Part shown: positions 37,777 through 47,580 of the stretch, piece after piece
Numbering within the stretch: the stretch's first letter is position 1
Layout of the letters: each line of letters starts with the position of its first letter
Assembly (NCBI GenBank): GCA_022340425.1
Contig: JAJDNY010000021.1
Coordinates: forward strand, 2,972 to 66,971
Reading direction: 5' to 3'
DNA from: Desulfobacteraceae bacterium
Lineage (GTDB): Bacteria > Desulfobacterota > Desulfobacteria > Desulfobacterales > JAABRJ01
DNA length: 64,000 nt
Position numbers and translations under genes: made by a program
The notes under the pieces: generated by a model
Seen by the model: the letters and a program-made list of their open reading frames with translations, nothing else
Databases searched by the model: none
What the model was told of the DNA's origin: nothing

Positions 37777-38181
37777 ATGGCAGAGATGTTTATCTTCGAC
37801 GACACCACCCGGCTGCTGGGCAAGGCCATGGACGTTACGGCCCGGCGGCACGCCCTGATCGCCGGCAATATCGCCAACCTCGACACGGTCGGCTACCGGC
37901 CCCAGGACCTGGACTTCAAAAAGACCCTGGCCGCCGTCATGGCCGAGGGCCACCGCAAACTGGCCACCCCCCATGCCCGCCATATCCCGGCGGCCGAAAC
38001 GGTCCGATTGGCGCCCAGCGCCATCGTAGACGGTGACGCCGGCCCGGGGCTGGATTCGGTCAATATCGACCGCGAGATGACCCATTTGATGGAAAACAAC
38101 ATCCAGTACCGCAGCAGCGTCGAACTGCTCCTGCGCAAGATCAGCCTGCTGCGCCAGGCCATTACCGAAGGAGGTCAATAA
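37777..38181 (+). CDS. flgB: Flagellar basal-body rod protein FlgB
   Basis: RHALIAGNIANLDTVGYRP motif and C-terminal YRSSVELL. AAAGGAG RBS. The ORF track extension to 37543 was rejected. Confidence 0.92.
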   Translation: MAEMFIFDDTTRLLGKAMDVTARRHALIAGNIANLDTVGYRPQDLDFKKTLAAVMAEGHRKLATPHARHIPAAETVRLAPSAIVDGDAGPGLDSVNIDREMTHLMENNIQYRSSVELLLRKISLLRQAITEGGQ

Positions 38182-38615
38182 TGGATCTCTTCAGGGCGCT
38201 CAATGTCAGTGCGTCCGGGCTGCACGCGCACCGCCGCAAGATGGACGTGATCGCCGAAAACCTGGCCAACACCGAAACCACCCGCACCGAAGCCGGCGGA
38301 CCCTACCGCCGCAAGATGGTGGTATTCGAGGCCAAGCCGCTGGAGAGCTTTCGGGCGGTGCTCAACCGGCTGCGCGAAGATGCCGGCGGGGTGACGGTCA
38401 GCGAGGTCGTCCAGGCCCGCGACGCCCCTCGGATGGTTTACAACCCGGCCCATCCCGACGCCGACCCCGAGAGCGGCTACGTGGCCATGCCCAACATCAA
38501 TCTGCTGACGGAGATGGCCGACATGGTGGTGGCCCGGCGGTCCTATGACGCCGGCGTGACCGCCCTGTCAACCACCCGCGGCATGATGCTCAAGGCCCTC
38601 GAGATCGGGAAATAA
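38181..38615 (+). CDS. flgC: Flagellar basal-body rod protein FlgC
   Basis: SASGLHAHRRKMDVIAENLANTETTRT...GPYRRK...MPNINLLTEMADMVVARRSYDA. Confidence 0.95.
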   Translation: MDLFRALNVSASGLHAHRRKMDVIAENLANTETTRTEAGGPYRRKMVVFEAKPLESFRAVLNRLREDAGGVTVSEVVQARDAPRMVYNPAHPDADPESGYVAMPNINLLTEMADMVVARRSYDAGVTALSTTRGMMLKALEIGK

Positions 38616-38644
38616 TCCGCTTCAGCGGCCCGAAGGGAGTGCAT

Positions 38645-38935
38645 ATGAACGATATCAAAATCGGGACCCCCGCCATGACCCTGCCGCTTTCCGCCGGCGA
38701 GGGAGGGGTGCGGCGCTCGGAAGGCTTCAGCGATGCCCTCAAGCGCGCCATCGGCGAGGTCAACCAGTTGCAGCAGGCCGCCGACGGGGCAGCCGCCCAG
38801 GTGGTTCGCGGTGAGACGGGCATTCATGAGGGGATGCTGGCGATGGGCAAGGCGGATCTCTCCCTGCGCCTGATGCTTCAGGTGCGTAACAAGGCCATGG
38901 AGGCCTACCGGGAAATCATGCAGATGTCGGTATGA
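38645..38935 (+). CDS. fliE: Flagellar hook-basal body complex protein FliE
   Basis: FSDALKRAIGEVNQLQQAAD...LSLRLMLQVRNKAMEAYREIMQM. ATG 38645 follows GAAGGGAG; the ORF track starts at GTG 38639. Confidence 0.9.
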   Translation: MNDIKIGTPAMTLPLSAGEGGVRRSEGFSDALKRAIGEVNQLQQAADGAAAQVVRGETGIHEGMLAMGKADLSLRLMLQVRNKAMEAYREIMQMSV

Positions 38936-39062
38936 GGATTCCGGCCACCATCACTGCCACGGTGCTTCCGATCCCGAGAGGTTATCGGCCGGCCGCTGAG
39001 GGTCATGGCGACCATCCCGGCACCGACCCGATAAAACCCGACAAATCCATGGACCCGCCAGA

Positions 39063-40646
39063 ATGAACAGCGCTCTGCAACAGATCGTGCACCTCTTCAA
39101 CGCCATGCCCCTGCCGCGCAAGCTGCTGATGGCGGCCGTGGCGCTGACCGTCCTGGGGGGGTTTGGCCTGATGTTTTTCTGGGCCAACCGGATCGAATAC
39201 CAGCCGGTGTTTACCGGTCTGGCGGCGGAGGACGCCGCCCAGATCGTCGAAAAACTCAAGGAGCAGCAGATCCCCTATCGGCTGGAAGGCGGCGGCAGCG
39301 TCATCCTGGTGCCGGCCGAGAGGGTCTACGACATTCGCCTCAGCATGGCCGGCGCGGGCATCCCCAAAGGCGGCGCGGTGGGGTTTGAAATCTTCAATCA
39401 AACCGAGTTCGGAACCACCGAATTCGTTCAGAAGCTCAATTTCCAGCGCGCCCTGCAGGGGGAGCTGGCCCGCACCATCCGCGATTTCAGGGAGGTCAGC
39501 GACGCCAGGGTGATGATCGTCATGCCCAAGGAGTCGGTCTTTGTGGAGGAGGCCCGGCCGCCCTCGGCATCGGTGCTGCTCAAGCTGCGCGCCAGCCTCT
39601 CGCCGGAGAAGGTCAGCGCCGTCGTGCACCTGGTGGCCAGCGCGGTGGAAGGGCTCGAACCCGATCGGGTCACGGTGGTGGACACCACGGGCAAGGTGCT
39701 TTCCAAGGGCGGCGGCGAGGAGCACAAGGCCGGCTCGCTGGCCGCCGGTCAGCTGGAGTACCGCAAAAGCTACGAGCAGGACCTGACCCAGCGCATCCAG
39801 ACCCTGCTGGAGCGGATCGTCGGCAAGGGCCGGGCCATCGTGCGGGTTTCCGCCGAGATGGACTTCGACCAGGTGGCCATCGACGAGGAGATCTACGATC
39901 CGGACAGCCAGGTGGTGCGAAGTCAGCAGATCGTGAACGAGTCGGCCAACCGCAAATCCAGCCCCAACGCCAATGTCTCCAGTGTGGATGCCGTCAACGC
40001 CGCCGGTGCCGGTTATGCCCGTGAAACCGCCGATGTCAGCTCGCGCCAGGATGAAACGGTCAATTACGAAATCAGCCGAACCGTCAAGCGGATTTCCAGG
40101 CCGGTGGGCAGCCTCAACCGGCTGTCGGTGGCCGCGGTGCTGGACGGCAACTACGTATCCGCCCAAGAAAACGGCCAAACGGTTCGCCAGTACGTGCCGC
40201 GAACGACCGAGGAGCTCGCCCAGTTTACCAAAATCGTCAAGAACGCCATGGGCTACAGCGCCGACCGCGAAGACCAGATATCGGTTGAATCCGTTCCTTT
40301 TGCCGATATGCAAGACCTGCAGCTGGAAAAACCCCAAGGGCTCGACTGGGTCCGACTGGTGCGTCAATTCGGCCGCAGCGCGCTCAACGTCGTCTTGGTG
40401 CTGCTGGTGTTTTTCTTCGTGGTGCGGCCGCTGCTGAGAACCTTTCGGGATCTCAAAACCGAGGTGCGCACGCCGACCCTTGGCGGCGGCGAACACAGCC
40501 GGGCGGCCATCGCCACCGAACAGCGGGAGGCTCTGCCTGCGCCCGAGGGCCTTTCCCCCCGGCAACAGGCAGCCGCCCTGGCCCAGAAGGACATCGATAA
40601 ATCGGCAGGTCTCATCAAGGGCTGGCTAAACGAGTCTGGGTCATGA
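39063..40646 (+). CDS. fliF: Flagellar MS-ring protein FliF
   Basis: 527 aa with an N-terminal TM, YQPVFTGL, RVYDIRLSMAGAGIPKGG, FQRALQGELARTI and a C-terminal TM. Confidence 0.95.
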   Translation: MNSALQQIVHLFNAMPLPRKLLMAAVALTVLGGFGLMFFWANRIEYQPVFTGLAAEDAAQIVEKLKEQQIPYRLEGGGSVILVPAERVYDIRLSMAGAGIPKGGAVGFEIFNQTEFGTTEFVQKLNFQRALQGELARTIRDFREVSDARVMIVMPKESVFVEEARPPSASVLLKLRASLSPEKVSAVVHLVASAVEGLEPDRVTVVDTTGKVLSKGGGEEHKAGSLAAGQLEYRKSYEQDLTQRIQTLLERIVGKGRAIVRVSAEMDFDQVAIDEEIYDPDSQVVRSQQIVNESANRKSSPNANVSSVDAVNAAGAGYARETADVSSRQDETVNYEISRTVKRISRPVGSLNRLSVAAVLDGNYVSAQENGQTVRQYVPRTTEELAQFTKIVKNAMGYSADREDQISVESVPFADMQDLQLEKPQGLDWVRLVRQFGRSALNVVLVLLVFFFVVRPLLRTFRDLKTEVRTPTLGGGEHSRAAIATEQREALPAPEGLSPRQQAAALAQKDIDKSAGLIKGWLNESGS

Positions 40647-41662
40647 TGAAAAGCAAGCTGGACCCCCAGAACCTCACCGGGCCCCAGAAGGCGGCCGTCT
40701 TCCTGCTGACCATGGGGGAAGAGTTCGCCTCGGCGGTGTTCAGGAAAATGACGGAAAACGAGATCAAGAAGGTTGCCGGAATCATGTCGGAGATCCGGCA
40801 TATCCCCGGGGAGGTGCTGACCGCGGTGTCCGAAGCTTTTGTCGACGGCTATCGCCAGGAGGACCAGGTGCTGGTGCCCGGGGACGGCTTTATCCAAGAG
40901 GTGATCGCCCAGGCCCTGGACCCCAAGGCCGCCGAAGCGATCGTCGCCCATATCCGCGAGAAAAAGCAGGAAATGCCCTTCAAGTGGAGCCGCGAAGTGG
41001 ACCGCGAGGCCCTGGCCCAACGGATCAAGAACGAGCATCCCCAGACCATCGCCATGATTCTCTCCTATCTGCCGCCCGAAATATCAGCCGAGATTCTGAT
41101 GACCGTGCCCGACGAGCAGAAGGGGGACATCGCCCTGCGCATCGCCAACCTGGGGCAGGTGCCCTCGGAGGTGGTCAAGGCCGTCGATCAGGCCCTGCAG
41201 TCGGATCTCAGCAACCTGGACAATGCAGCTGCGGCCGCGGGCGGGCTGGAGAAGCTGGTCCAGATTCTGGGCAGCGTGGACCGGGCCACCGAGGACACCG
41301 TCCTGGAGTCCATCGAGGACGAGCGCGGCGAGCTTGCAAACGAAATCCGGGAAATGATGTTCGTCTTCGAGGACCTGGTCAAGGTCGACGACCGCGGCAT
41401 CCGGGAGATCCTCAAAAAGGTGGAAAGCCAGCAGCTGGTGCTGGCGATGAAGACCGCCAGCGAGGATATGAAGGCCAAGATTCTCAACAACCTCTCCTCA
41501 CGCGCCGCGGAGATGTTGAAGGAAGACCTGGAGGTCATGGGCCCCGTGCGGCTGGCGGAAGTCGAGCAGGCCCAGCAGCAGATCGTGCGGGCCGCCAAGG
41601 AACTGGAGGCCGAAGGGGCCATCGTGCTGGGCGGCAAGGGAAAGGAGGACGTTCTTGTCTGA
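40643..41662 (+). CDS. fliG: Flagellar motor switch protein FliG
   Basis: LTGPQKAAVFLLTMGEE...EHPQTIAMILSYL...MFVFEDL...LSSRAAEMLKEDLE. ATGA overlap with fliF. Confidence 0.95.
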   Translation: MMKSKLDPQNLTGPQKAAVFLLTMGEEFASAVFRKMTENEIKKVAGIMSEIRHIPGEVLTAVSEAFVDGYRQEDQVLVPGDGFIQEVIAQALDPKAAEAIVAHIREKKQEMPFKWSREVDREALAQRIKNEHPQTIAMILSYLPPEISAEILMTVPDEQKGDIALRIANLGQVPSEVVKAVDQALQSDLSNLDNAAAAAGGLEKLVQILGSVDRATEDTVLESIEDERGELANEIREMMFVFEDLVKVDDRGIREILKKVESQQLVLAMKTASEDMKAKILNNLSSRAAEMLKEDLEVMGPVRLAEVEQAQQQIVRAAKELEAEGAIVLGGKGKEDVLV

Positions 41663-42464
41663 TCCTTTGCATGCCCCTCAGGGGACGGCCGAGTGGCAGC
41701 CGATGCATTTTCAACGCGCCCCCGATCCGGACAGCGGCTGGGCGGCGGCCTCTCCGGGCGGCAGCGTCCTTCAATCCGGCTTCAGCGCACTTTACCCCCC
41801 GGGCGAGGCCGCGTGTGCGGCCCCCGCGCCCCAGGAGGCCCCGGACCAGGACCCGGCGGATGCCGAGGCTCTGCGCCGGGAAGCCTACCAGGAGGGCCTG
41901 GCCCGCGGGCAGGCTGAGGGCTTCGCCGCCGGCATGGAAAAGGCGGGCGAGGTGGTTGAAAACCTGCACCGGCTGCTTACCGCTGCCGAGCAATTGTGGC
42001 CCGCCCTGTGCCGCACCTACGAGCACCAGATCATCGCGCTGGTGGGACGGGTGGCGGAAAAGGTGGTCTGCGGGCATGTGGTCCTGGACCGGGAGGTGGT
42101 GCGGCGGACGATTCTCAAGGCCTTCGAGCAGATTCCCGAACCGCTGAACGTCGCCCTGGAGGTCAACCCCGAAGACTACGAGTACCTTGAGGCTCTCAAA
42201 AAACCCCTGATGGCCGAAATCCGCGGCCTCAAACAGCTCAGCCTGCAGGCCGACCCGTCGGTCGGCCGCGGCGGCTGCCGCATCGAAACCCGTTCCGGGA
42301 CCATCGACGCCACCCTGGAGGCGCGCCTGGAGGCCGTTCGCCAATGCCTTCTGGAGACCGCCCCGCCGCCCCTCGTCGCCGCCGCTGCTGAAGCGCCGCC
42401 GGCGGATGACCGGCCCGGGCCGGCCTCGGCAATTCCCCCAGCGGTCCTTTCCCATGACCCCTGA
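41655..42464 (+). CDS. fliH: Flagellar export apparatus regulator FliH
   Basis: Position between fliG and fliI. FliH-like central helix (AYQEGLARGQAEGFAAG) and C-terminal GGCRIETRSGTIDATLEARLE. TTG start after AAAGGAGGA. Confidence 0.85.
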   Translation: MSDPLHAPQGTAEWQPMHFQRAPDPDSGWAAASPGGSVLQSGFSALYPPGEAACAAPAPQEAPDQDPADAEALRREAYQEGLARGQAEGFAAGMEKAGEVVENLHRLLTAAEQLWPALCRTYEHQIIALVGRVAEKVVCGHVVLDREVVRRTILKAFEQIPEPLNVALEVNPEDYEYLEALKKPLMAEIRGLKQLSLQADPSVGRGGCRIETRSGTIDATLEARLEAVRQCLLETAPPPLVAAAAEAPPADDRPGPASAIPPAVLSHDP

Positions 42465-43779
42465 TCTGCACATCGACTGGGAACCGTATCAGCAGGCCGT
42501 TGCCGCCGCGGTCAGCATGCGTTTGGAGGGGCGCATCGCCAAGGTCATCGGGCTGATTGCCGAGGGCACCGGCCCGGACGTGAGCATCGGCAGCCTGTGC
42601 CGCATAAGCAACGAAAACGGCCCGGACCTTCTGGCTGAGGTGGTCGGCTTCAAGGAGGCGCGCGTATTGCTGATGCCATACGGTGATACCCGCGGGATCC
42701 GGCCCGGCAGCCGGATCGGGCTGGTCGACACCAGCCCCCGGGCCGATGTGGGCCGGGGGTTTCTCGGCCGGGTGGTGGACGGGCTGGGGCGGCCCATCGA
42801 CGGCAAGGGAACCATCGCCGCCGAGGCCCGCTACCCCCTGCATGGCCGCCCCATCAACCCCATGGAGCGCGCGCCGATCCGGCAGCTCATGGATGTGGGC
42901 ATCGGGGCCATCAACACCATGGTGCCCTTGGGGAGGGGCCAGCGGGTGGCCATCATGGCCGGCTCCGGGGTGGGCAAGAGCGTGCTGATGGGCATGATGA
43001 CCCGCCACACGGCAGCTGATGTCACCGTGATCGGGCTGATCGGCGAGCGCGGCCGCGAGGTCGGGGATTTCGTTGGGCAAACCTTGGGCGCCGAGGGGAT
43101 GCGCCGGGCCGCAGTCGTGGCGGCCACCTCCGACGCCCCGCCGCTGGTGCGGATGCGCGGCGCCTATCTGGCCACCACCCTGGCGGAGTATTTTCGGGAC
43201 CAGGGAAAAAACGTGCTCCTGATCATCGACTCCATCACCCGTTTTGCCATGTCCTCCCGGGATGTTGGGCTGGCGGCCGGAGAGCCCCCCACCAGCCGGG
43301 GCTATACCCCGTCGTTCTTCGCCCAGCTACCGGTGCTGCTGGAGCGCGCTGGCAACTTGCAGGGGCGGGGCAGCATGACCGGCATCTACACCGTCCTGGT
43401 GGAGGGCGATGACATGAATGACCCGGTGGGCGACGCCGTGCGCTCCATCGTCGACGGCCATATCGTGCTCTCGCGCAAGCTGGCCAACCGCGGCCACTAC
43501 CCGGCCATCGAGGTGCTGGAGTGCGTCAGCCGCGTCATGCGCGATGTGGTCGATCCGCAGCACCTGGCGCTGCGCGCCAAGGCGGTCGAACTGCTGGCGG
43601 CCTATCAGGGAGCCGAGGACATGATCGCTATCGGGGCTTACAGCGACGGCAGCGACCCGCAGATCGACCAGGCCAAACGGATGATGCCGCACCTCAGGCA
43701 GCTGCTCTCCCAGGAGATCGATCACCGGGTTGCCTATGGCGACGCGCTCCAGGCCCTGAGCGCCCTTTTCAAGGCCTGA
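42454..43779 (+). CDS. fliI: Flagellum-specific ATPase FliI
   Basis: Walker A GSGVGKS, Walker B LLIIDSITR, F1-ATPase-like fold motifs. Met 42454 chosen (11-nt overlap with fliH); the ORF opens at 42406. Confidence 0.95.
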   Translation: MTPDLHIDWEPYQQAVAAAVSMRLEGRIAKVIGLIAEGTGPDVSIGSLCRISNENGPDLLAEVVGFKEARVLLMPYGDTRGIRPGSRIGLVDTSPRADVGRGFLGRVVDGLGRPIDGKGTIAAEARYPLHGRPINPMERAPIRQLMDVGIGAINTMVPLGRGQRVAIMAGSGVGKSVLMGMMTRHTAADVTVIGLIGERGREVGDFVGQTLGAEGMRRAAVVAATSDAPPLVRMRGAYLATTLAEYFRDQGKNVLLIIDSITRFAMSSRDVGLAAGEPPTSRGYTPSFFAQLPVLLERAGNLQGRGSMTGIYTVLVEGDDMNDPVGDAVRSIVDGHIVLSRKLANRGHYPAIEVLECVSRVMRDVVDPQHLALRAKAVELLAAYQGAEDMIAIGAYSDGSDPQIDQAKRMMPHLRQLLSQEIDHRVAYGDALQALSALFKA

Positions 43780-43789
43780 GGCGGATCGC

Positions 43790-44239
43790 GTGAAACGTTT
43801 TCGATTTCGCCTGGCGGCGTTGCTGCGCTATCGAGAGTTTCAGGAGCGGCAGACCCGGCAGGCCGTTCTGGAGGCCAGTCGCGTGCTGGGGGAGTGCGAG
43901 GCCGATCTGGCGCGGCAGCAGGGGCGTCTGGACCAGGCGCGGGCGGCCTGTGAGGGTGAAGCACTGGGGGGGATGACCGCGGAGCGCTTCCTGCTTTTCA
44001 CCCGGTTTGTGGCGGGGCTCGAAGCCCGGCGCGATGCCGCCCAAGCCCGGCGCCAAACGCTGCTGAAGGAGCTGGACGCCTGCCGCAAACGGCTGGCGGA
44101 TGCCGTCGCTCAGCGGCAAGCCGTGGAAAAACTCAAAGAGCGCCGCCAGTCTGAATACGATCAGGACATGGCCAAGGAGTTGCAAAAGCAAACCGAGGAG
44201 ATTGTCCTCATGCACCGGGGCCGGAAGGAAAAAAAATGA
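43790..44239 (+). CDS. fliJ: Flagellar export protein FliJ
   Basis: 149-aa coiled-coil protein (FRFRLAALLRYREFQE...), in the canonical position after fliI. GTG start. Confidence 0.8.
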   Translation: MKRFRFRLAALLRYREFQERQTRQAVLEASRVLGECEADLARQQGRLDQARAACEGEALGGMTAERFLLFTRFVAGLEARRDAAQARRQTLLKELDACRKRLADAVAQRQAVEKLKERRQSEYDQDMAKELQKQTEEIVLMHRGRKEKK

Positions 44240-44901
44240 AGCGCCGCCGCCGCAACGCCATCAAAAACCTGCTGGTCGGTCTTTTGATGCTTAAAATCTC
44301 GCTGACCCTGGTTTTCCTGGCGGCCCCACTTTGGGCTCCCGATGCGGTGCTGCTGGAGAACCATGCCATTGCCCAGGAAACTGCGGCCCCAGCGGCTAAG
44401 GAGCCCCCTTCGGGCGAGACCCCGGCTGGCATTGACCCGTCGGCCGCTGCCACCCCCGCCACGGAGGAGGTCAAACTGACCCTGGCCAGCCTGGAGGAGA
44501 AACGGCTGGAGATCGAGAAGGAAAAAGAGCGGCTGAGCGAGCAGCAGGCGCGCTTGGAAAGCTTGAAGGACGAACTGACGCTCCAAATCGATGAACTCGC
44601 CCGGATTCGTCAGGAAGTGGAGGCCAGCCTGGCCGTCAAGGAGCAGCAGGAGACCGAGAAGCGGCGCCTGGCCCGGGAGCAGGAGGAGGCCAAGTTGAAA
44701 CACCTGGTCAAGGTCTACACCAGCATGAAACCCAAAAACGCCGCCGCCCTGATCGACAAACTTGACCTGGATGTCGTGCTCAAGCTCTTTGCCCAAATGA
44801 AAGGCGAGCAGGTCGGGCAGATTCTCAGCTATGTCAGCCTCGATCGCGCCGCTCTGGTGAGCGAACGGCTGGCGCAAAACGCCGCCGGCCGGGGCAAGTA
44901 A
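44236..44901 (+). CDS. YlxF/MotE/FlbB-family flagellar protein (TM + coiled coil + MgtE_N-like domain)
   Basis: N-terminal TM, a long charged coiled coil, and C-terminal YTSMKPKNAAALIDKLDLDVVLKLFAQMKGEQVGQIL. Same position as ylxF in the B. subtilis fla/che operon. Confidence 0.7.
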   Translation: MKRRRRNAIKNLLVGLLMLKISLTLVFLAAPLWAPDAVLLENHAIAQETAAPAAKEPPSGETPAGIDPSAAATPATEEVKLTLASLEEKRLEIEKEKERLSEQQARLESLKDELTLQIDELARIRQEVEASLAVKEQQETEKRRLAREQEEAKLKHLVKVYTSMKPKNAAALIDKLDLDVVLKLFAQMKGEQVGQILSYVSLDRAALVSERLAQNAAGRGK

Positions 44902-44930
44902 ACGCCCTCCGACAGCCCTCGTGATGACAG

Positions 44931-44956
44931 CCCCCGGCAACCCCGGGGGTTTTTTT
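44931..44956 (+). terminator. Rho-independent terminator
   Basis: CCCCCGG (44931-37), loop CAACC, CCGGGGG (44943-49), followed by T7 (44950-56). It lies 30 nt after the stop of the ylxF-like gene. Confidence 0.75.
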
Positions 44957-45144
44957 GTTCCTCAGGGGCCGCTGCCGGACCGAATCTCAAACAGGAGCGC
45001 GCACCGGATGGGCGGCAAAAATTGCCGTTTCTCCCCCCGGCCGGGGTAAAAACTGCAGCCGCATGGCCCAGGATGCGAATCGGCAGCCGCCCAAGTTTGA
45101 TTCCAATATACTGGAAAAAAAGGAAAACAGTTTTTTGGCAGGGG

Positions 45145-45160
45145 TGGCATAGGTGTTGCT
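45145..45160 (+). promoter_or_regulatory. Sigma54 promoter TGGCAT-AGGTG-TTGCT upstream of fliK
   Basis: GG at 45146-47 and GC at 45158-59 (N10), preceded by an AT-rich tract (CCAATATACTGGAAAAAAAGGAAAACAGTTTTTT). Confidence 0.7.
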
Positions 45161-45218
45161 CAGGGTCACAGCCAGCGGCAGCACCCATTTGCGGCCGGTA
45201 TCAGAAAGGAAAGTCGGC

Positions 45219-46760
45219 ATGTTGGCACCAGCGTTTCAGATTCAGAGTATTTTGACACCTCTGGCGGTCACCGGCGCACCGGCAGAACCGGCTGCATGCC
45301 CGGGCGGCTTCAGCCGTGCGCTGCACCGGGCGCTCCAGACCGGCGCGGCCCGGGAGGCGGGCACCGACGCGAAAGCAGGCACGGCCCAGCCGCCGCCGGG
45401 GGACAAATCCCGGTGGCTGCAACAGTTCAAGGCCCAGCTTGCGCAGCACGGGGTTGACTGCGGCGTCACGGCCGTGGACCGCGCTGGGCTGGCGACGCTG
45501 CTGCCGCTGCTTGCCGCGGCGGGTTTCGACGCCCAGGCGGCGGCCGGCCTTTTTGCCGAGCTGCAGGCCACCTCCGACAGCGGGGAGGTACGCCTGGCGG
45601 ACCTCTTGGCGGGTCTGCAGGCGGGGGCTGCAGACTCGGTAAACTCTTCCGACGACCAAGCTTCGATGCTGGCGCTTTCCAGCCTGCCCTACCTGGAAAC
45701 CCTGCTCAGCGCCTTCGGCATGCCCCCGGCGGATGTGGATCAGGTGGTGGCTGCATCCAAAGTCGAAGGGCAGGGTATCGCCCTAATGCCGCTGGTGGAT
45801 GCCCTTAAACGCTGTCTGACGGCGAAGCCGGATCTGGCCGTGCGGGTAGCGGATGAAAAAACCCGCCTTCAGGCTGCGGAGTTGATGGGCCGCATGGGAC
45901 TTGACCCAGACGGCCCCCACGCGGGAGGCGTTTTGAATCTGGAACAGTTTGTCGCCCGGCTGGAAAAACTGGCCGACCAAACCGCCGGCCCGCGGACCGA
46001 GCCGTCGGCGCTGGGGCCCCAAATCGATCGGTTTTTAGAAGGCTGTCACACATTGGGCCCCCAGACGCCGACGTCGGCTGGGCCGTCAGCGGTTGAAAAT
46101 GGGATGTCAGCGATCCCGTCGCCCCACGCCGCCGGCCTGGAAACACCCCGGAGCGCGTCGGCGGCCCAGGGCCCCCCGCCGGCGGGGGAACCGCCGGCCG
46201 GCTCGCCTCCCCAGTCGTCTGCCGGTGAAGCGGCCCCGACGGTCGGGATGCTGGCTGCGGCCGAAAGCCGAGGTTCTGCTGCGACCGGCGGACCAGGCGG
46301 AACTTCTGCGGCCGCATCCGATCCCGGCCTGCCGGCCCATGTGCTCAACCAGGTGGGGCGCCAGATCGTGCGGGCCCGCCTGAGCGACGCCAGCGAGGTC
46401 CGTTTCCAGCTCAAACCGCCGCATCTGGGTCGGATTCAGTTGACCATCGATCAGGGCCCAGAGGGCCTCAAGGTTACCGTCCTCACCGAGCAGCAGGCGG
46501 CCCGCGACATGCTGACCGCGCATGCAGCCGACCTGCGCGCGGCGCTCCAGGAGCAGGGGATCCAACTGGCCAAGGTGGATGTTCAGTTCAGCCCCGACTT
46601 CGCCCAGACCATGGCCGACAGCCGGCGGGATTCGGCACGCGGCCGTCCGGGAAGCGCTCCGGCGGGCGCCCGGCGCAATGAGGGGGGCGAGACCGACCCG
46701 CTATCGGGTGCCCTGCCCACAAGCGGCGGGCGCGATAACGCCCTCAATATCGTGGTGTAG
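45219..46760 (+). CDS. fliK: Flagellar hook-length control protein FliK
   Basis: Ala/Pro/Gly-rich central region and a C-terminal Flg_hook-type domain (EVRFQLKPPHLGRIQLTIDQGPEGLKVTVLTEQQAARDML). Met 45219 after GAAAGGAAAG is chosen because the track start 45153 lies inside the promoter. Confidence 0.85.
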   Translation: MLAPAFQIQSILTPLAVTGAPAEPAACPGGFSRALHRALQTGAAREAGTDAKAGTAQPPPGDKSRWLQQFKAQLAQHGVDCGVTAVDRAGLATLLPLLAAAGFDAQAAAGLFAELQATSDSGEVRLADLLAGLQAGAADSVNSSDDQASMLALSSLPYLETLLSAFGMPPADVDQVVAASKVEGQGIALMPLVDALKRCLTAKPDLAVRVADEKTRLQAAELMGRMGLDPDGPHAGGVLNLEQFVARLEKLADQTAGPRTEPSALGPQIDRFLEGCHTLGPQTPTSAGPSAVENGMSAIPSPHAAGLETPRSASAAQGPPPAGEPPAGSPPQSSAGEAAPTVGMLAAAESRGSAATGGPGGTSAAASDPGLPAHVLNQVGRQIVRARLSDASEVRFQLKPPHLGRIQLTIDQGPEGLKVTVLTEQQAARDMLTAHAADLRAALQEQGIQLAKVDVQFSPDFAQTMADSRRDSARGRPGSAPAGARRNEGGETDPLSGALPTSGGRDNALNIVV

Positions 46761-46793
46761 AGCCCAGCGAATACTAAAAAGAGGGGAGTGATC

Positions 46794-47489
46794 ATGACAA
46801 TCGAACCGGTTTCAAACGCAAGCGGCAGCCTCGCCGCCATCAGCGGCAGCTACGTCGACAGCACCCAGAAGGAAAAGGACAACGGCCTGCAGCAGTCCGA
46901 CTTTCTCACCATGATGGTGGCCCAGTTGCAGCACCAGGACCCGCTCAACCCGGTGGAAGGCACCGATTACACCTCCCAACTGGCGCAGTTCAGCGGCCTG
47001 GAGCAGCAGATCAATACCAACACGAATCTGGAGGCGATCCTGAGGGCACTCGAAGACCAGGGGGCAAATGAAAACCTCCTGGACTATATCGGCAAGCAGA
47101 TCACCTGCCGGGACAACCTGGTAACCCTGGAGAACGGCGTTGCCGGCGGTGCCACTTTCAGTCTGCCGGAGCCCGGGCAGGTCATCGTGACGATCACCGA
47201 TGGCGCTGGAAACCAGATCACCAGCTATGCCCAGACCGATTTGGCCGCCGGCACCCACGCGGTTGTCTGGAACGGGCAAAGCCTCGACGGACAAAACGTC
47301 CCCGACGGCACCTATCGCTATGAAATCCAGGCCATCAGCGCCAGCGGCTCCCTCCAGAACGTTCAGACTGCCTTCACCGGCACCGTCACCGGTTTGACCT
47401 ATGCCAACGGCTCCCCGCAATTGTTGATGGGCGGCCGCAGCGTCGATCCCCAGAGTGTGCTCAGCGTTGGGCTGGCACCCGAAGGGTAG
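46794..47489 (+). CDS. flgD: Flagellar hook assembly/capping protein FlgD
   Basis: DFLTMMVAQLQHQDPLNP motif, then a FlgD Ig-like region (VTITDGAGNQI...VWNGQSLDGQNVPDGTYRYEI). Confidence 0.93.
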   Translation: MTIEPVSNASGSLAAISGSYVDSTQKEKDNGLQQSDFLTMMVAQLQHQDPLNPVEGTDYTSQLAQFSGLEQQINTNTNLEAILRALEDQGANENLLDYIGKQITCRDNLVTLENGVAGGATFSLPEPGQVIVTITDGAGNQITSYAQTDLAAGTHAVVWNGQSLDGQNVPDGTYRYEIQAISASGSLQNVQTAFTGTVTGLTYANGSPQLLMGGRSVDPQSVLSVGLAPEG

Positions 47490-47580
47490 CCCCAGGCGGG
47501 CGCGGCCCGCGGGATGAATTGCCAGCCTTTACAACTGGCACTTGGGATCAAAGCCTATCACCAAAATTGGAGACTGAACC

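Noticed and set aside
40984-42147. 387-aa plus-strand ORF in an alternative frame over fliG/fliH, rich in Arg, Pro and Gly.
   Set aside because: It overlaps clear fliG and fliH reading frames and its composition is typical of an off-frame GC-rich translation.
45011-45026. GGCGGCAAAAATTGCC, considered as a sigma54 promoter.
   Set aside because: No GG-N10-GC register fits. It is reinterpreted as a palindromic candidate upstream activator site and reported at low confidence.
47536-47551. TGGCAC hexamer upstream of flgE, considered as a possible sigma54 promoter.
   Set aside because: The -12 position reads ATCA instead of TTGC (TGGCAC-ttggg-ATCA), so the GG-N10-GC rule fails. flgE is more simply co-transcribed from the fliK promoter.
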